NCBI GenBank assembly: GCA_038087875.1
Contig: CM075993.1
Span: 5,458,001-5,522,000, forward strand
Reading direction: 5' to 3'
Origin: Malacoraja senta
Taxonomy: Eukaryota
DNA length: 64,000 nt
Part shown: positions 25,201 through 40,200 of the stretch, piece after piece
How the letters are laid out: each line of letters starts with the position of its first letter
How positions within the stretch are numbered: the first letter of the stretch is position 1
Notes under the pieces: model-generated
Databases searched by the model: none
The model's input: the letters and a program-made list of their open reading frames with translations, nothing else
Told to the model about the DNA's origin: nothing
Program-made: the position numbers and the translations under genes

Positions 25201-28200
25201 CGAACGAGGGATGATTTGATTGAAACATACAAGGTCCTAAGGGGAATTCGTGGCTGATCTATCTTTCCCTCGTCATTCTCCTGCCTCCTCCTCGTAACCT
25301 TTGACGCCCTTACTCATCGAGAACCTGTCAATCTCCGCTTTTAAAAACACCCAGTGACTTGGCCATCGACCCCCATCGAGCCACAAGGCCTGCAGAGAGT
25401 TAATTTCACTCGGTTCTGTGTTTTAAAAAAAGTTGGTTGTGCTCATTGCGAAAGGGGATTGTAAATTATAGTGTTTATTATTTTGTTACTCATACCGGGA
25501 AAGGATGAGGTCACGCATCAAACATCTTGTTAGCCGTTGACTTCCACTGGTGGTGCGTAAACAATAGAACCATTCATTGGGTTTCTCTGCCGTTTTCACC
25601 GCACTTCCCCACAGGAGAATACTCAACTCCAAACCAGCGGCTTTCTCACCAGCCTCACCAGCTCATTGGCGCTAACATATCTTTGAGAAGGAAAGTTGGC
25701 ATGGGATGTTGGGGAGAAAGGGACTGTAAAAGTCTCAGCTTTAGAACAAACACTTTCTTGTGCTCACACTTCATTGAGACTGCTTTGTTTTTAAATTTGC
25801 TTTTTGATTGACTGTGGGGCTGTTAGATTAGTTGGGGGGTTGGTGGGGGAGGGGTTGGGGGGAGAATTATCCCAATTGATCCGAATATAGACACCAAAAA
25901 CTGGAGTAACTCAGCGGGACAGGCAGCGTCTCTGGAGAGAAGGAATGGGTGACGTTTCGGGTCGAGACCCTTCTTCAGACTCTGAGGGAAAGATAGATCA
26001 GCCATGAATGAATAGACAATAGGTGCAGGAGTAGGCCATTCAGCCCTTCAAGCCAGCACCACCATTCAATGTGATCATGGCTGATCATCCCCAATCAGTA
26101 CCCCGTTCCTGCCTTCTCCCCATATCCCCTGACTCCGAGGGAGGGAGAGAGAGAGCCCTATCTAGCTCTCTCTTGAAATTATCCAGAGAACCGGCCTCCA
26201 TCGCCCTCTGAGGCAGAGAATTCCATGGCGGATTGAATTGAGGGCAAGGCACTGAACACAAGGCACTAATAGACTCGATGGGCCCAATGGCCTAATTCTG
26301 CTCCTATGACTCATGAACTCATCGAACAATACAGCAGGGAATCAGGCCTTTCAGCCCACCTTGTCCAAACTGACCAAGTTGCCATTCAGGGCTGGTCCCA
26401 TTTGTCCACGATTGGATCCAATCCTTCTGAACCCTTCCAAACCTTATATCTGTCCCAAGTAACTCAGCGGGACAGGATTCATCTCCGGAGAGAAGGAATG
26501 GGTGACGTTTTGGGTCGAGCCTTTGTCGGACAGCACTACAAGCTGTTCTACTTTTATAATTAATGATTTTGTTTTTGTAAAATCCATCTACAATTAATTG
26601 TAGATTGTGCAACATGGATTATCTCTAAGGTAATAATGCAGCAACAGCCCGCACCCCCCCCCCCCTCCCCTCTATTCCCCTTCCCGACCAAATCTCTATT
26701 GGAAACTGCTGATCAGTATTTAGCGGTTAGGGGCAGTGTCACTATTCCAGATCCAAGCACATCAGCTTTTCCATAAATTAGACCAATAGTTTAGCCAGCT
26801 GGTGATTATTGTTAGACTCTGCAGAAACGGTCGAGGCAATAACCCTGAACAAAGATGGAGTGAGTTCAGAGCAGTGAGTTTATAGAGCCAGCATTAAATG
26901 TCACCAGCATCGAGTTACTGGGTTGGTTATCTTCTCTGCATGGACACCTGTTGTAGTATCTTGCATGGAGATGAGAGAGGAGGACAGGCCACGAACTCCA
27001 GTGAATTGGACTGAAATGTCTCCTTATTTATCCTGCAGTCCCCTTTAAGAAGGAAGTGCAGATGCTGGAAAATCGAAGGTAGACAAACATGCTGGAGAAA
27101 CTCAGCGGGTGATGCAGCAGCATCTATGGAGCGAAGGAAATGAGCAACCTTTAAGGGTCTCGACCCGAAACGTTGCCTATTTCCTTCGCTCCATAGATGC
27201 TGCCTCACCCGCTGAGTTTCTCCAGCATTTTTCTCTACCTTATTTATCCTCTGTGTTTTACCCCCTATCCCACCCCCCCCCCCCACCCCCTCCCCCGTTC
27301 CCCACCTGAGTTAACGGTTTCACCATTCACATACAAGAGATTTTTGGTTAAATTGGTTTAGGCCCTTGTTCCTGGGCAAGGTGTCAGCGCTAATGAAAAA
27401 TTGCGATTACCTAGTAAATGGATACTTTCCTGCTCAGAATAAGGGGTTGGCCATTTAGAATGGAGACGAGCAAACACTTTTTCTCACAGAGAGTTGTGAG
27501 TCTGTGGAATTCTCTGCCTCAGAGGGCGGTGAAGGCCGGTTCTCCGGATACTTTCAAGAGAGAGCTAGATAGGGCTCTTGAAGATAGCGGAGTCAGGGGA
27601 TATGGGAAGAAGGCAGGAACGGGGTACTGATTGGGGATGATCAGCCATGATCACATTGAATGGCGGTGCTGGCTCGAAGGGTCGAATGGTCTACTCCTGC
27701 ACCTATTGTCTATTGTAACTACAACAACTAGGCTAGAGTTCTAGGGACAGGTTAGAGTGGCTGGACATTCTTCTTTGAAGTGTAGGAGGCCGAGGGGTGA
27801 CCTTATTGAGATGTACAAGATCATGAGGGATATGGATAAAATGAACGCTCACTGTCTTTTTCCCGAGGTAGAGCATTCTAAAATCCTCTACAGGCTTTAG
27901 GTGAGAATGGAGAGATTTGAAGGTCTTTGGGGGCAAGGTATGAGCTGGCAAAGGCAGCTGTACAATTCTGGCTTTTAAAAGACATTTGGACAGCTATATT
28001 GATAGAATATATATATGGATAGAAGGGATAGAATGGATAGAAGGGATTGAATGGATAGAGAGATACAGGCCAAATGCAGGCAATGTGCTAAATTGGTTGC
28101 ATGGACAAGTTGGGCCGAATGGACTGTTCTTGGCTGTACAGCTCGATCGCCTTTTATTGTATTGAACAAAAATCCATCTTTGCAGGAAATCATATTGGTC

Positions 28201-31200
28201 AAAGCAGCTGGAGATTGTTAAGCCCCTGTCCTACGATGTGAGTTCACCCAAGAGCTCTCCTGAGTTTAAAAAAAAAAAAAATCGCGGTAAGTACATAGCG
28301 GGTACGTCGGAGCTCGTGGATGTCTCGTAGCGGCTCGCAATGCTAACGGAAGGTACTCGGGAAACGCGGTAACTCGGGAAATTTTTTCAACAGTGTGAAA
28401 AATGTCCAAGAGTTTAAAAAAATACTCGTGATGAGTTTGTTTTTTGTTTTTTTAACTCGGGAGAGCTCTTGGGTAAACTCGCATCGTGGGACAGAGGCTT
28501 AAGAGAGATGATCAAAAGCAGGGTTGGAGAGAGGTTTCTAACAGTGTCGGAGGAAGATGGACTCCGAGAGGTTTGAGAAGGGAGTTTAAGAGTGTTGTTG
28601 TCGACACTTGAAGAGATACAGCTGTTAGACGTGGGGAGACGGCCCTGGTGGAGTGCAGAGATCATGGGAGAATATAGAGCTGGAGGAGGCTGCAGAGATA
28701 GGAAGGGACAAGGTCATGTTACGTTAAGAGTGTATGTGCCTGGCCAGAGCCTTTTGCACTCTGAATAGACTTTGTTGAATGTGGATTTATTACCACAGTT
28801 GTCGGCTATGTGGCAATGTGGCGGCCTACTCAGACTCCGATATAATTATTCGATTCTCAGCAGATTTAAATTTAAAAAGATGGGGTCACTTGGAATAACT
28901 CGGGCCGTGAGAAGGTGTGAAATGGCCGCGCTCAATTTCCAGCTCTTCCCACTCGCACATCCACTGAAATTCTAATTCGCCATCACAATCTTTCCTTCGT
29001 CACTAAATTTGCCCGTTGGACCATGCGATGCAGGTCTGGAGCGATATCGCTACTCGCTGTGTCTGATGGTAGACAAAAATGCTGGAGAAACTCAGCGGGT
29101 GAGGCGGCATTTACGGAGCGAAGGAAATAGGTGACGTTTCGGGCCGAAACCATTCGCTGTGTCTCGTTGTTGTTTCTCCAGGCTCCATGTGAAGGAGGGC
29201 AGGTGGGGCGAGGCCGTGGCATCTTACCAGAGAGCTCTGCAGTTGGTGCAACTCCGCAAGGGAGAAAAGAGCACGGAGTGCGTGTCCATCTATCAGGACC
29301 TGGCAGCAGTAGAGCTGGCCAGGGGTGGCCACGACGACCATGTGCAGTACCTCCTGCAGGTAGGTGGTATACGGGGCACTCGGGTAGGTGTTGGTGGCAC
29401 AGTGGGTGACATGGGTAGGAGGGCATTGTACCTGTACCATATGGTACTCATGCATATGACAATAACTTTACTGCCATATGCATGAGTCCCGTGAGGTACA
29501 AGTGCAATGAAAAATCTGGCTTGCCGTGGCTTCACAGGCAGGTAGACTCAGCCAAACACACGGGAGAAAATGCATGCTCAGCACTCACACACACAGATCC
29601 ATGGATCACACACAGTGTACATGGATCACATACAGATCACACGTGGATTACACGGATTAGACACTGCACTTGAATCACATACATCTATGTGGGGGAGGGG
29701 CGGGCACGGTAGAGTTGCTGCCTTACAGCGCCGGAGACCCGTGTTCGATCCTGACTACGGGTGCTGTCTGTACGGAGTTTGTACGTTCTCCCCATGACCC
29801 GCGTGGGTTTTCTCTGAGATCTTCGGTTTCCTCCCGCCCTCCAAAGACATGCAGGTTTGTAGGTTCATTGACTTGGTGTATGTGTACAAATTGTCCTTAG
29901 TGCGTGTTACTTACTTACTTGCTGCCAATTATGCCTCCTGGCATGTAGGGCAACAACGAAGGGCCTCCATTCAGTAATGTTGATTCCTTCAGTTGCTCTT
30001 TCCATAACATATTTGTTTTACGAGACTGGGTTGTTAGCCCCTGTGCTCAACCTCCAACCTGGAGGACCAGTGGATCGCTCTTCGTCTCGCCTCTATCCTC
30101 CGACCTGTCCAGCATGGGAGACCCTAACAGGAGACGAATCTCCCGCTGGCATAGCTCTAGGGGTCACTGAGACACACAAGCTCCCCGACCACGACAAGGT
30201 TGCAATCCCACGGGGAGTGTGGATCAATTGACCGTAGTATATAGAACCTTGTGCAGGTTTGGGTACAGGATTTGAGCTAGTGCGTGTAGGATAGTGTTAA
30301 TGCACGGGGATCGCTGGGCAGCGCGGACTCGGTGGGCCGAAGGGCCTGTTTCCGCGCTGTATCTCTAAACTAAACTAAGCATCGCACTCAGTACACACGG
30401 ATCACACACGGATTGAGCATAAAGTGAGCACAAATCCCACATAAAACACACAGAATATTCTTATTGAAAGGAGGCTGTGCAAAATATATTACATTAGTTT
30501 AGTGTTAAACCGTAGCCGGAGAGAAAAATAAGTCCATGGTAGTGCAAGAGGTGGGTGTGGTGTTCTGTTGTCGAGGTGGGATCAGGGTGGTGTAGGTTGG
30601 TTTTTGGTCAATAAGACCAGTGAGGATTCTCACAGCTAAGGGAGCAGGTGAAGTCTGACCTGGCTGAGATGTGAAAATGTTGCAGATCTACTCCACTCAC
30701 AAATTGGGCAGCATCTGCGGAAAGAGAAACCCCTTAACGTTTCGGGTCAGCAACCCTTCGTCAGAATGTGCCCCGGAGGCTGACACAAGAGGCTGCAGAT
30801 GGTGGAGTCTGGAGCTACAAACGAACTGCTGGGGGAGAGGGGGGCTCAGTGGGTCAGGCAGCATCTGTGAAGGATTAGCGATGGTCAACGTTTCGAGTCC
30901 TGATGCAAGATCAAGATCAGAAATAGCAACCATCCCCTTGCCTCTACAGATGCTGCTTCACAAGGTCATAAGTCCGAGGAGCAGAATCAGGCCCATTGTC
31001 AATGCTGCCATTCAATCATGGTCGACCTATCCTTCCCCATTCTCCTGCTTTCTCCCCGTAACCATTGACAACCCTCACTAATCAAGTTTAAAAAATACCC
31101 TACGACTTGCTGCTTCAGCTGATCTACATCGGTGAAACCAAGCGTAGGCTTGGCGATCGCTTCGCCCAACACCTCCGCTCGGTCCGCATTAACCAACCTG

Positions 31201-34200
31201 ATCTCCCTGTGGCTCAGTACTTCAACTCCCCCTCCCATTCCAAATCTGACCTTTCTGTCCTGGGCCTCCTCCATTGCCAGAGTGAGCACTACCGGAAACA
31301 GGAGGAACAGCACCTCATATTCCACTTGGGAAGTCTGCATCCTGGTGGCCTGAACATTGACTTCTCCAATTTCCCGTAGCCCTTGCTGTCTCCTCCCCTT
31401 CTCAGCTCTCCCTCAGCCCTCTGGCTCCTCCTCTTCCTTTCTTTTTCCTGCCCCCCCCCCCCCCACCCTGCATCAGTCTGAAGAAGGGTTTCGGCCCGAA
31501 ACGTTGCCTATTTCCTTCGCTCCATAGATGCTGCCTCACCCGCTGAGTTTCTCCAGCATTTTTGTCTACCTTTGATTGAAGGTGATTAGAAAAGTAAAGG
31601 GACTGTCCCACTTGGGCGTCCTAATTGGCGAGTTTAGATGAGTTTAAAAAAATGACATGTTGAAGACCTCCTTCGACTATGTTGAAGATTAGCTTCTACT
31701 AGCTACGACTAACTTCGGGAAAATTGGACACCGAATAGTGGAGAGTGAAGACGACCTCCTTCGATCTCCCTGCGACCTCCCTGCGACCTCCCTTCGACTA
31801 TGATGAAGACTATCCACGACTACCTTCGACTACCCTGGATCACCTACGAATAACATGCCGACCTACTACGACTAAACCTACTAGTAAAAAAAGTATACAT
31901 TTTTTCCATGGCGACCTTTTTTTACTCGCGGGCATTTTTTAACATTGAAAAAAACGCCGCGACCTAGCTGAGGCCTCGAGTACGCGGAGACCACTCTCGA
32001 GCATGAAGGAGAGTTACGAAGACCTCCTCCGACCTCGTGTCGACCATGCTGCGGGTATGAGTCGAGGGCAAACTCGCCACAACTCGCGGATTAGGTCGCC
32101 CAAGTGGGACAGGGGCTTAAAGCTTCAGAAAAGAAACAAAGTCTATGAAAACAAACAAAGAAATTGAAATGTTGTAAAACACACAACTTCAGGAAGGCCC
32201 TTTGATGGTCAACACACACTCTGGACAGAATGGACAGATGACCTTTCATATGTTTATAAGTTCTAGGAGCAGAATTAGGCCATTCGGCCCATCAAGGCTA
32301 CTCCGCCATTCAATCATGGCTGATCTATCTTTCCCTCTCAACCCCATTCTCCTGCCTCCCCCCCACAGCCCTTTCGGGTCAGGCCCCTTCTTCAGACTTC
32401 TCTCCACTCGTCCATTCCCTCCACAGATGCTTCCAGCCCGCTGAGCTCCTCCAGCACTTTGTGTTTCACTCAGGATTCCAGCATCTGCAGTTCCCATGTG
32501 ACTCCACTTTAGAATGCCAACTGCTGGAACCATTTGCTACAATGCTGGATTTCAGCAGCCAGCTCTGCCCAAAGCCACCATATTTGCAGTCCTACCAAAG
32601 ACTAGTTTCAGCTTCTGGTTTATATATTTTTTAAGTTTTTCCAACGCACTCAGTTTTCTTCCTTACAAGGACAATTCCACACTATATAAATAAAAACATT
32701 GCAAAATCATTGCATGCACTTCATCTGCTGCCGAGCCCTGGATTTATATGGACAAGTTAGAAATCAGATCTAGGAAATTAGTACTTGGCACTTCATCTGT
32801 AGGATCATTAAAAATCATTGCCCAGGGAAATGTATTAAACGTCCCGCCTGTCTCACAAATAGATGAATAAAGACCTTCCCATCTATCCTCATTAGTCTTC
32901 TGTTACTTTGTGTTTCTGAATACTCGGTTTAATTAGATTACAGTAAATATTTCCATTCTGTTCTGCTAAATGAATCCCACCCACTTCAATTTGAAAGCTG
33001 CATTTTTGGAACTTTTTAAAATCTGAATGTTCTCTTTGAACACAATTTGAGGGAGCTCCAATCTATTTTTGCGCATTTGATAGAGCATGTAATGTACAAA
33101 GAAGAGTTCTGGCTTCTTCCATAATCGGGGAAGAGGAGCCTGTTTTCAAATGTTCCAAGTTTAAGGGCGGGTGGAATTAAGTGTGCACTTCAGTGTGTAG
33201 GAAGGAACTGCAGATGCTGGTTTAAACCGAAGATAGGCGCAAAAAAACTGGAGTAACTCAGCGTCAGACAGCATCTCTGGAGAAAAGGAATAGGTGACGT
33301 TTTGGGTCGAGATCCTTCTTCGGACTGAGAGTCAGGGGAAAGGGAAATGAGAGATATAGATGTTGATACAGAGAGATATAGTCAAGTCAAGTCAAGTCAC
33401 ATTTATTTATATAGCACTTTTTTTTTAAAACTCGTTGGCCAAAGTGCTTTACATTTGTTATAAGAATAGCACAACAAAACAAACTACATACATATATACA
33501 TGTAGCCCTCACTCAGAGGACGTCAGGAAAGGCTTGGGAGTATAGATACGTTTTTAGTCTTGACTTAAAAGAGTCGATGGAGGGGGCAGTTCTGATGGGA
33601 AAGGGGGATGCTGCTCCACAGTCTAGGGGCTGCAACCGCAAAGGCGCGGTCGCCCCTGAGCTTATGCCTAGACCGTGGGATATAGAACAAATGAATGAAC
33701 CCCGGTGAAAATGTGTATAGACAATGAGTCTCAATAAGATGACTTTGAAGCTGGTACGACTTGGTTGGGGGTGAGAGATGGAGAGAGGGGGGGATGCAAG
33801 GGTTGCTTGAAGTTGGAGAAATCAATATTCAGTCAATGATCAGTCTGATGAAGGATCTCGACCCGAAACGTCACCCATTCCTTCTCTCCAGAGATGCTGC
33901 CTGTCCCGCTGAGTTACTCCAGCATTTTGTGTCTATCTTCAATATTCATACCACTGAGTTGTCAACTGCCCAGGTGGAAATTCATCTGCATCTATGGTGG
34001 AGTGGGAGGCAGGATTGTCCATGCTGAATAGTCTGCCTTAACTCACTCTGTGCTCACAGCAGACGCAGTGGCACATTTGTAAAGGAGAGCCTGTGATCGC
34101 ATTAGACCTACACCAACATCACGAGGTGATGCCTCTGGGATAGGGGAAGGGAGCTTTGAAAATTAAATTAGTTCATTGGGAATCTAATCTTACAAACCTG

Positions 34201-37200
34201 ATCTGCCTTTGAAAATGCCTGGAGAAACAGCTGATTACCTGTTCGTTGCATATTCCAATGAATAACAAAATAGAGTCATACAGCATGGAAACAGGCCCTT
34301 CAGCCCAACTTGACTATGCCGACCAAGATGCCCCATCTCTGCTAGTCCCACCAGCCCGCATTTGGCCCACAACTCTCCAAACCTTTCCTATCCATGTACC
34401 TGTCCACATGTCTTATTAAATGTTGAAACAAGGAACTGCAGATGCTGTTTTACAAGAAAAGGTACCAAAAGTGCTGGAGTAACTCAGCGGGTCGGGCAGC
34501 ATCGCTGGAGAACATGGATAGGCGATGTCAGCCATGATCATATTGAATGGCGGTGCTGGCTTGAAGGGCCGAATGGCCTACTCCTGCACCTATTGTCTAT
34601 TGTTTCGGGTCGGGACCCTTCTACAGACAGTCTGAGGAAGGGTCCCAAACGGAATCTTCAGTTGATCGAAACATCTTCTATGCATGTTCTCCAGAGATGC
34701 TGCCTGACCCGCTGGGTTACTCCAGCACTTTGTGCCTTTTCTTTTAAATGTTGTTATGATGTGTTCATTCCCTTTATGATCTTATACCACAATAAGATCA
34801 CCCCTCAGCCTCCTGCGCTCCAAGGAATAAAGTCTAGCCTACCCAACCTCTCTCTCTCTCTAGCTCAGACCTTTGAGTCTGGGCAACACCCTCATATATC
34901 TTCTCTGACTCCTTCCAGCTTAATGACTTAGCATCTTGGTCTAAATATTAAGTTAATAAACTATTTAGTTTCATTTCTCACTGATGTGATGGAACAGGCG
35001 CAGTGCTTTATTCAGATACTGTTGCATGGTGCCGTTTTTAAAGCGCTGATTTTGGATGCATGTCTTTGGATTATTCTTGTGTCCTAATATGATCTGTTTC
35101 TGCTCTCTGACACAGCCAATGCTGAATCAAGAAGCTGTCTGCTCTGACCTCCTGGCTGATTTAAACCGGGGCCTCTTGTTGTTTCCCAGGCTCATTCCAT
35201 CGTGCTGACTAATGCTCCTTCTGGAGAGGAGGAGGGGAAAATAGCACTTGCTCTGGCGGAGGCCCACACTTCGTCTGGCAGAGCTGAGGATCACGGTAAA
35301 CACTTTTAAAGGCCTTTTGGTTTTAGGTTCGGAGGTACGGCACGGAAACGGGCCCTTCGGCCGACCGGCGATCGCCCGTGCACTCGTTCTATCCTACACT
35401 TGGTACAAGTTACAGAAGCCCAATTAATCTATAATCCCGCACGTCTTTCCAATGTGGGAGGAAACCTGGAGCACCCGGAGCAAGCCCGCGCGGTCACAGG
35501 AAGAGCGTGCAAACTCCGTACAGATAGTAATCTGGATCAAACCCGGCCCTCTGGTGCTGTAAGGCAGCAACTCTTCCACTGTGCCACCCCTCTTGCAGTA
35601 ACAGATTTGTCCCAGCGCAACAGCAGGCTATTCGGCCCGTCGAGTCTGTGCTAGCTAGTAGGAGAGCACCCCTATCAGTCAGTCCCATTGCCTTGCTCTC
35701 CTTGTGACCGTGTGGGTTTTTCCCTGGACGCTCTGGTTTCTCCCACTTCCCTGTGACGTGTGGGTTGTAGCTTAGGAGACACAAGAGACTGCAGATGCTG
35801 GAATCTTGATCGAAACACAAAGCGCTGGAGGAACTCAGCGGATCAGGCAGCTTCTGTGGAGGGAATGGACGGGCAACGTCTTGGAAGAATGGTCTCGACC
35901 TGAAACATCGCACCGAATGGTCTTGACCCGAAACATCAGTCCATTCCTTCCCCAATCAGCTGAGTTCCTCCAGCACTCTGCGTTTTGATCAGGTTGTGGA
36001 TTCATTACTGACTTACTTACTGCCTCCTGGCATGTAGGGCAGCAACGAAGGGCCTCCACTCAGTAGTGTTGATTCCTTCAGTTGCTGTTTCGGTAACATA
36101 TTTGTTTTACGAGACAGGGTTGTTAGCCCCGTGCTCCACCTCCAACCTGGAGGACCAGTGGATCGCTCTTCGTCTCGCCTCGACCCTTCGACCTGTCCGG
36201 CATGGGAGACCCTAACAGGAGACGAATCTCCCGCTGGCATAGCTCTAGGGGTCACTGAGACACACAAGCTCCCCGACCACGACAAGGTTGCAATCCCACG
36301 GGGAGTGTGGATCAATTGACCGCAGTATATAGAACCTTGTGCAGGTTTGGGTACAAGATTTGAAGGGAAAATGGAGAGAATATGTTTGCAGGGAAATTTT
36401 AGAATGTGATTGCTGTATAAGCCAGGAATGACGATGGGATCATATTCACCCACTAAAATTTCCCTGTCATCTATTCTCCCCATTTTCCTTGCAAATCTTG
36501 TTCACCTTTTTGTGTCTATCTTCGGTTTAAACCAGCACCTGCAGTTCCTCAGGTAGACACAAAATGCTGGAGTAACTCAGCGGGTGAGGCAGCATCTCTG
36601 GAGAGAAGGAATAGGCGACGTTTCGGGTCGAGACCCTTCTTCAGACATTAGTTATTTAATGGAATATATTCTCAAATATTCTTTGCCAATGGCTTTATAT
36701 TTGAAAATATTGTGAGATGTATTAATATCTTTGGTGTGGCTGTTACCTATTAACGTTCCATATTCCTTACTGCAGATATGGCCGAGCATTACTATCAACA
36801 GAGCCTGCAGTGTTACCAGGCAGCGGTGGGGCCGGAACACCCTTTGTCACTCTCCGTCCTGGACAGCTACAGTCGGTTTCTGATACTGGCCAAAAACTAT
36901 CAGGTAAGGATAAAGAGTCTGAAGAAGGGTTTCGGGCCAAAACGTTGCCTATTTCCTTCCCTCCATCTGTTCATCATTAGTTGTTCATAAATAAGTGAAA
37001 TAGCATTGTTACGTGCTATTAAAGTTGCCTGGGGTAAACGGGATGAAAAAGGTTGCTCTAAACATCCCTATCGAACCCATCTTAACCTCATCTGCTCCAA
37101 TAAGTAATCCCAGCCTGTGTACAACTGATAATTATTCCTCCCCACCTGTTCCAACAAATCCTATCTGTATTTTTCCCCGGTTCGTCATGTTCCTTCTAAA

Positions 37201-40200
37201 TTAAAATTAAATGCACAAACTGTAACTGAACCTTGCCCTGCGATTTCCCAACGTTTGCGGTAATCTCTTTGATTCAAAGCTGGGGGATACTTGTCAGATT
37301 TGTATTGTGGTTCTTTGTTCCTGCAGCCTCTTTTAAAAACTGTCCTGAATCATGTCCTGGAATGGCACTGCCATTAGTGATAAGCAAGCCATGGTAGGCA
37401 TGCGGCCTGCATGGGGTCTGTCAACGCTCACTGCATGGATTACACTGTCAAGCCATGTAACAGGGCTCAGACACTGGAGTGCTGCCAAATGCTCAGGCAA
37501 CCACTGTGTATTTCTCAGTTCCGTAACTTCTTTTGCTACCTCAACCAACCTACCTTCATGTCGAAACAGAGAACGGCAGATGCTGGTTTATACCAAAGGT
37601 GGACACAAAGTGCTGGAGTCTTCTTCTTCTTTCGTGTCCATTTTGTTACAAATGTTGACATCGCTGTCATCGTCCATCCTGAAAAGGACGCAAGCTTCCG
37701 GCGACAATCAGTGGGAGCCATCACTTGTCGCGATAGATGATGGTGGTGGCAGAATTAGCTCGGGATACTTCCAGTTTCCAGCCCCGCGACGTGGACGCTT
37801 CTACTATGGGGCCGAAGCATGGAGTAACTGGAGTAACTCAGCAGGTCAGGCAGCATCTCTGGAGAAAAGGGATGGGTGGCGTTTCGGGTCTGAAGAAGGT
37901 TCCCGACCCAAAACCCCCGACTCGAATAGTGGAAGGACTGGATAGAGCGGATACGGAGAGGATGTTTCCACTAGTGGGAGAGTCTAAGACCAGAGGGCAC
38001 AGCCTCAGAATTAAAGGATGTTCCTTTAGGAAGGAGATGAGGAGGAATTTCTTTAGTCAGAGGGTGGTGAATCTGTGGAATTCATTGCCATAGAAGGCTG
38101 TGGAGGCCAAGTCAATGGATATTTTTAAGGCAGAAATAGATTCTTGATTAGTACGGGTGTCAGGGGTTATGCGGAGAAGTCAGGAGAATGAGGTTAGGAG
38201 GGAGAGATAGATTAGCCATAATTGAATGGCAGAGTAGACTTGATGGGCCGAATGGCCTAATTCTGCTCCAATAACTTATGAAACATCACCCATCCTTTTT
38301 CTCCAGAGGTGCTGCCTGACCCGCTGAGTTACTCCAGCACATTGTGTCTTATCTTCTGGAGTTATTTCTGTTCACACTCAAGGTAACGTTGATGGCTATT
38401 CCTCTGTTGCAGGCTGCTTCGAAGTTGCTTCAGGAATCGCTCCCGGCCAAGCTTTCTACCTTTGGAGACTTCAGCGCTGAGGTGGACGAGACGTATCGAC
38501 TCCTCGGGGGAATCGAGTTAGCCCAGGGACGCCAGAAAGCAGCCTTCAAAAAATTCAAAAAAGTAAGTGTGGATGTGTCGTGGAAAATTGAACATTCCTC
38601 CCTGTAACCAAGGGGATGTCACCGAGTGGAATTCTCTGCCACAGAAGGCAGTGGAGGCCAATTCACTGTGTGTTTTCAAAAGAGAGTTATTGTAGATATA
38701 GCTCTTAGGGCTAACAGAATCAAGGGATATGGAGAGAAAGCAGGAACGGGGGTACTGATTTTAGATGAGCAGCCATGAATAAGGGGTAAGCCATTTAGAA
38801 CGGAGACGAGGAAACACTTTTTCACACAGAGAGTTGTGAGTCTGTGGAATTCTCTGCCTCAGAGGGCAGTGGGGGCCGGTTCTCTGGATACTTTCAAGAG
38901 AGAGCTAGATAGGGCTCTTAAATAATAGCGGAGTCAGGGGATATGGGGAGAAGGCAGGAACGGGGTACTGATTGGAGATGATCAGCCATTGAATAGCGGT
39001 GCTGGCTCGAAGGGCCGAATGGCCTACTCCTGCACCTATTGTCTATTGTCTATTGTCACAGAAGGTAGTGGAGGCCTGAATGTTTTCAAGAGACAGTTAG
39101 ATATAGCTCTTAGTACTAACGGAAACAAGGGATATGGAGAGAAAGCAGGAACGGGGTACTGATTGGAGATGATCAGCCATGATCACATTGAATGGCGGTG
39201 CTGGCTCGAAGGGCCGAATGGCCTACTCCTGCACCTATTGTCTATGTGTCTCTGATGTGTCTCTGATTATCTGGTCATTTACCACATTGGCATTTTGAGG
39301 CCTTGCTATGCGCCCATTGACTGTAATGTTTCTTATGTCGTCGCAGTGACTCTGCTTGATAAAACTATTCTGTGCTCAGATATTTTTCTTTTTGCTCCAC
39401 ATCTTATATGTGTCTGACTGGATTGTATTCATCTATAGTATTATCTGATTTGATCGGATAGCACACAAGCAAAGCTTTTCACAGTACCTCGGTACACGGG
39501 ACAATAATAAACCTAAATCTAATTGGCTGTAAAACACATTGGGACATGGCAGACTCATAACTGGCACTGTAAATTGGAAGATGCGTTCCAGGCCCCCACC
39601 ACTCTCTGTGTAAATCATTTGGCCCGCACCAGTCTGAAGAAGGGTTTCGACCCGAAACGTTGCCTATTTCCTTCGCTCCATAGATGCTGCCTCACCCGCT
39701 GAGTTTCTCCAGCATTTTTGTTTACCTTCCATTAAACTTTCCCCCTCTTACCTTGTAGCTGTGCTCTCTACTGTTGGGCATCTGTGCCCTCTACTGTTGG
39801 GCATCTGTGCCCTGTAAACAAATTTTAAACCATGCCAAGCGCAAGGTGCTGGAGGAACTTAGCGGGTCAGGTAGCATCTGTGGAGGGAATGGACAGATGA
39901 TGTTTCAGGTTGGGATCGTTCTTCATACTGATGGGCCTGTCCCACTGTACGCGCTAATTCAAGAGTTCTCCCGAGTTTCCCCTGATTCAAACTCGGAGAT
40001 TTACGGTAATGGCCGCTCATCGGTACTCGGGGCTTTCGTGGACATCTTTCAACATGTTGAAAAATCTTCACGAGTCTTCACGAGCTTACCGCGTTTCCCG
40101 AGTACCTGCCGTTAGCGTTACGAGCCGCTAAGTGACGTCCCCGAGCTCCGACGTACCCGCTACATACATTCCACGTGCTTACCATGAGTTTGGTTGTTTT

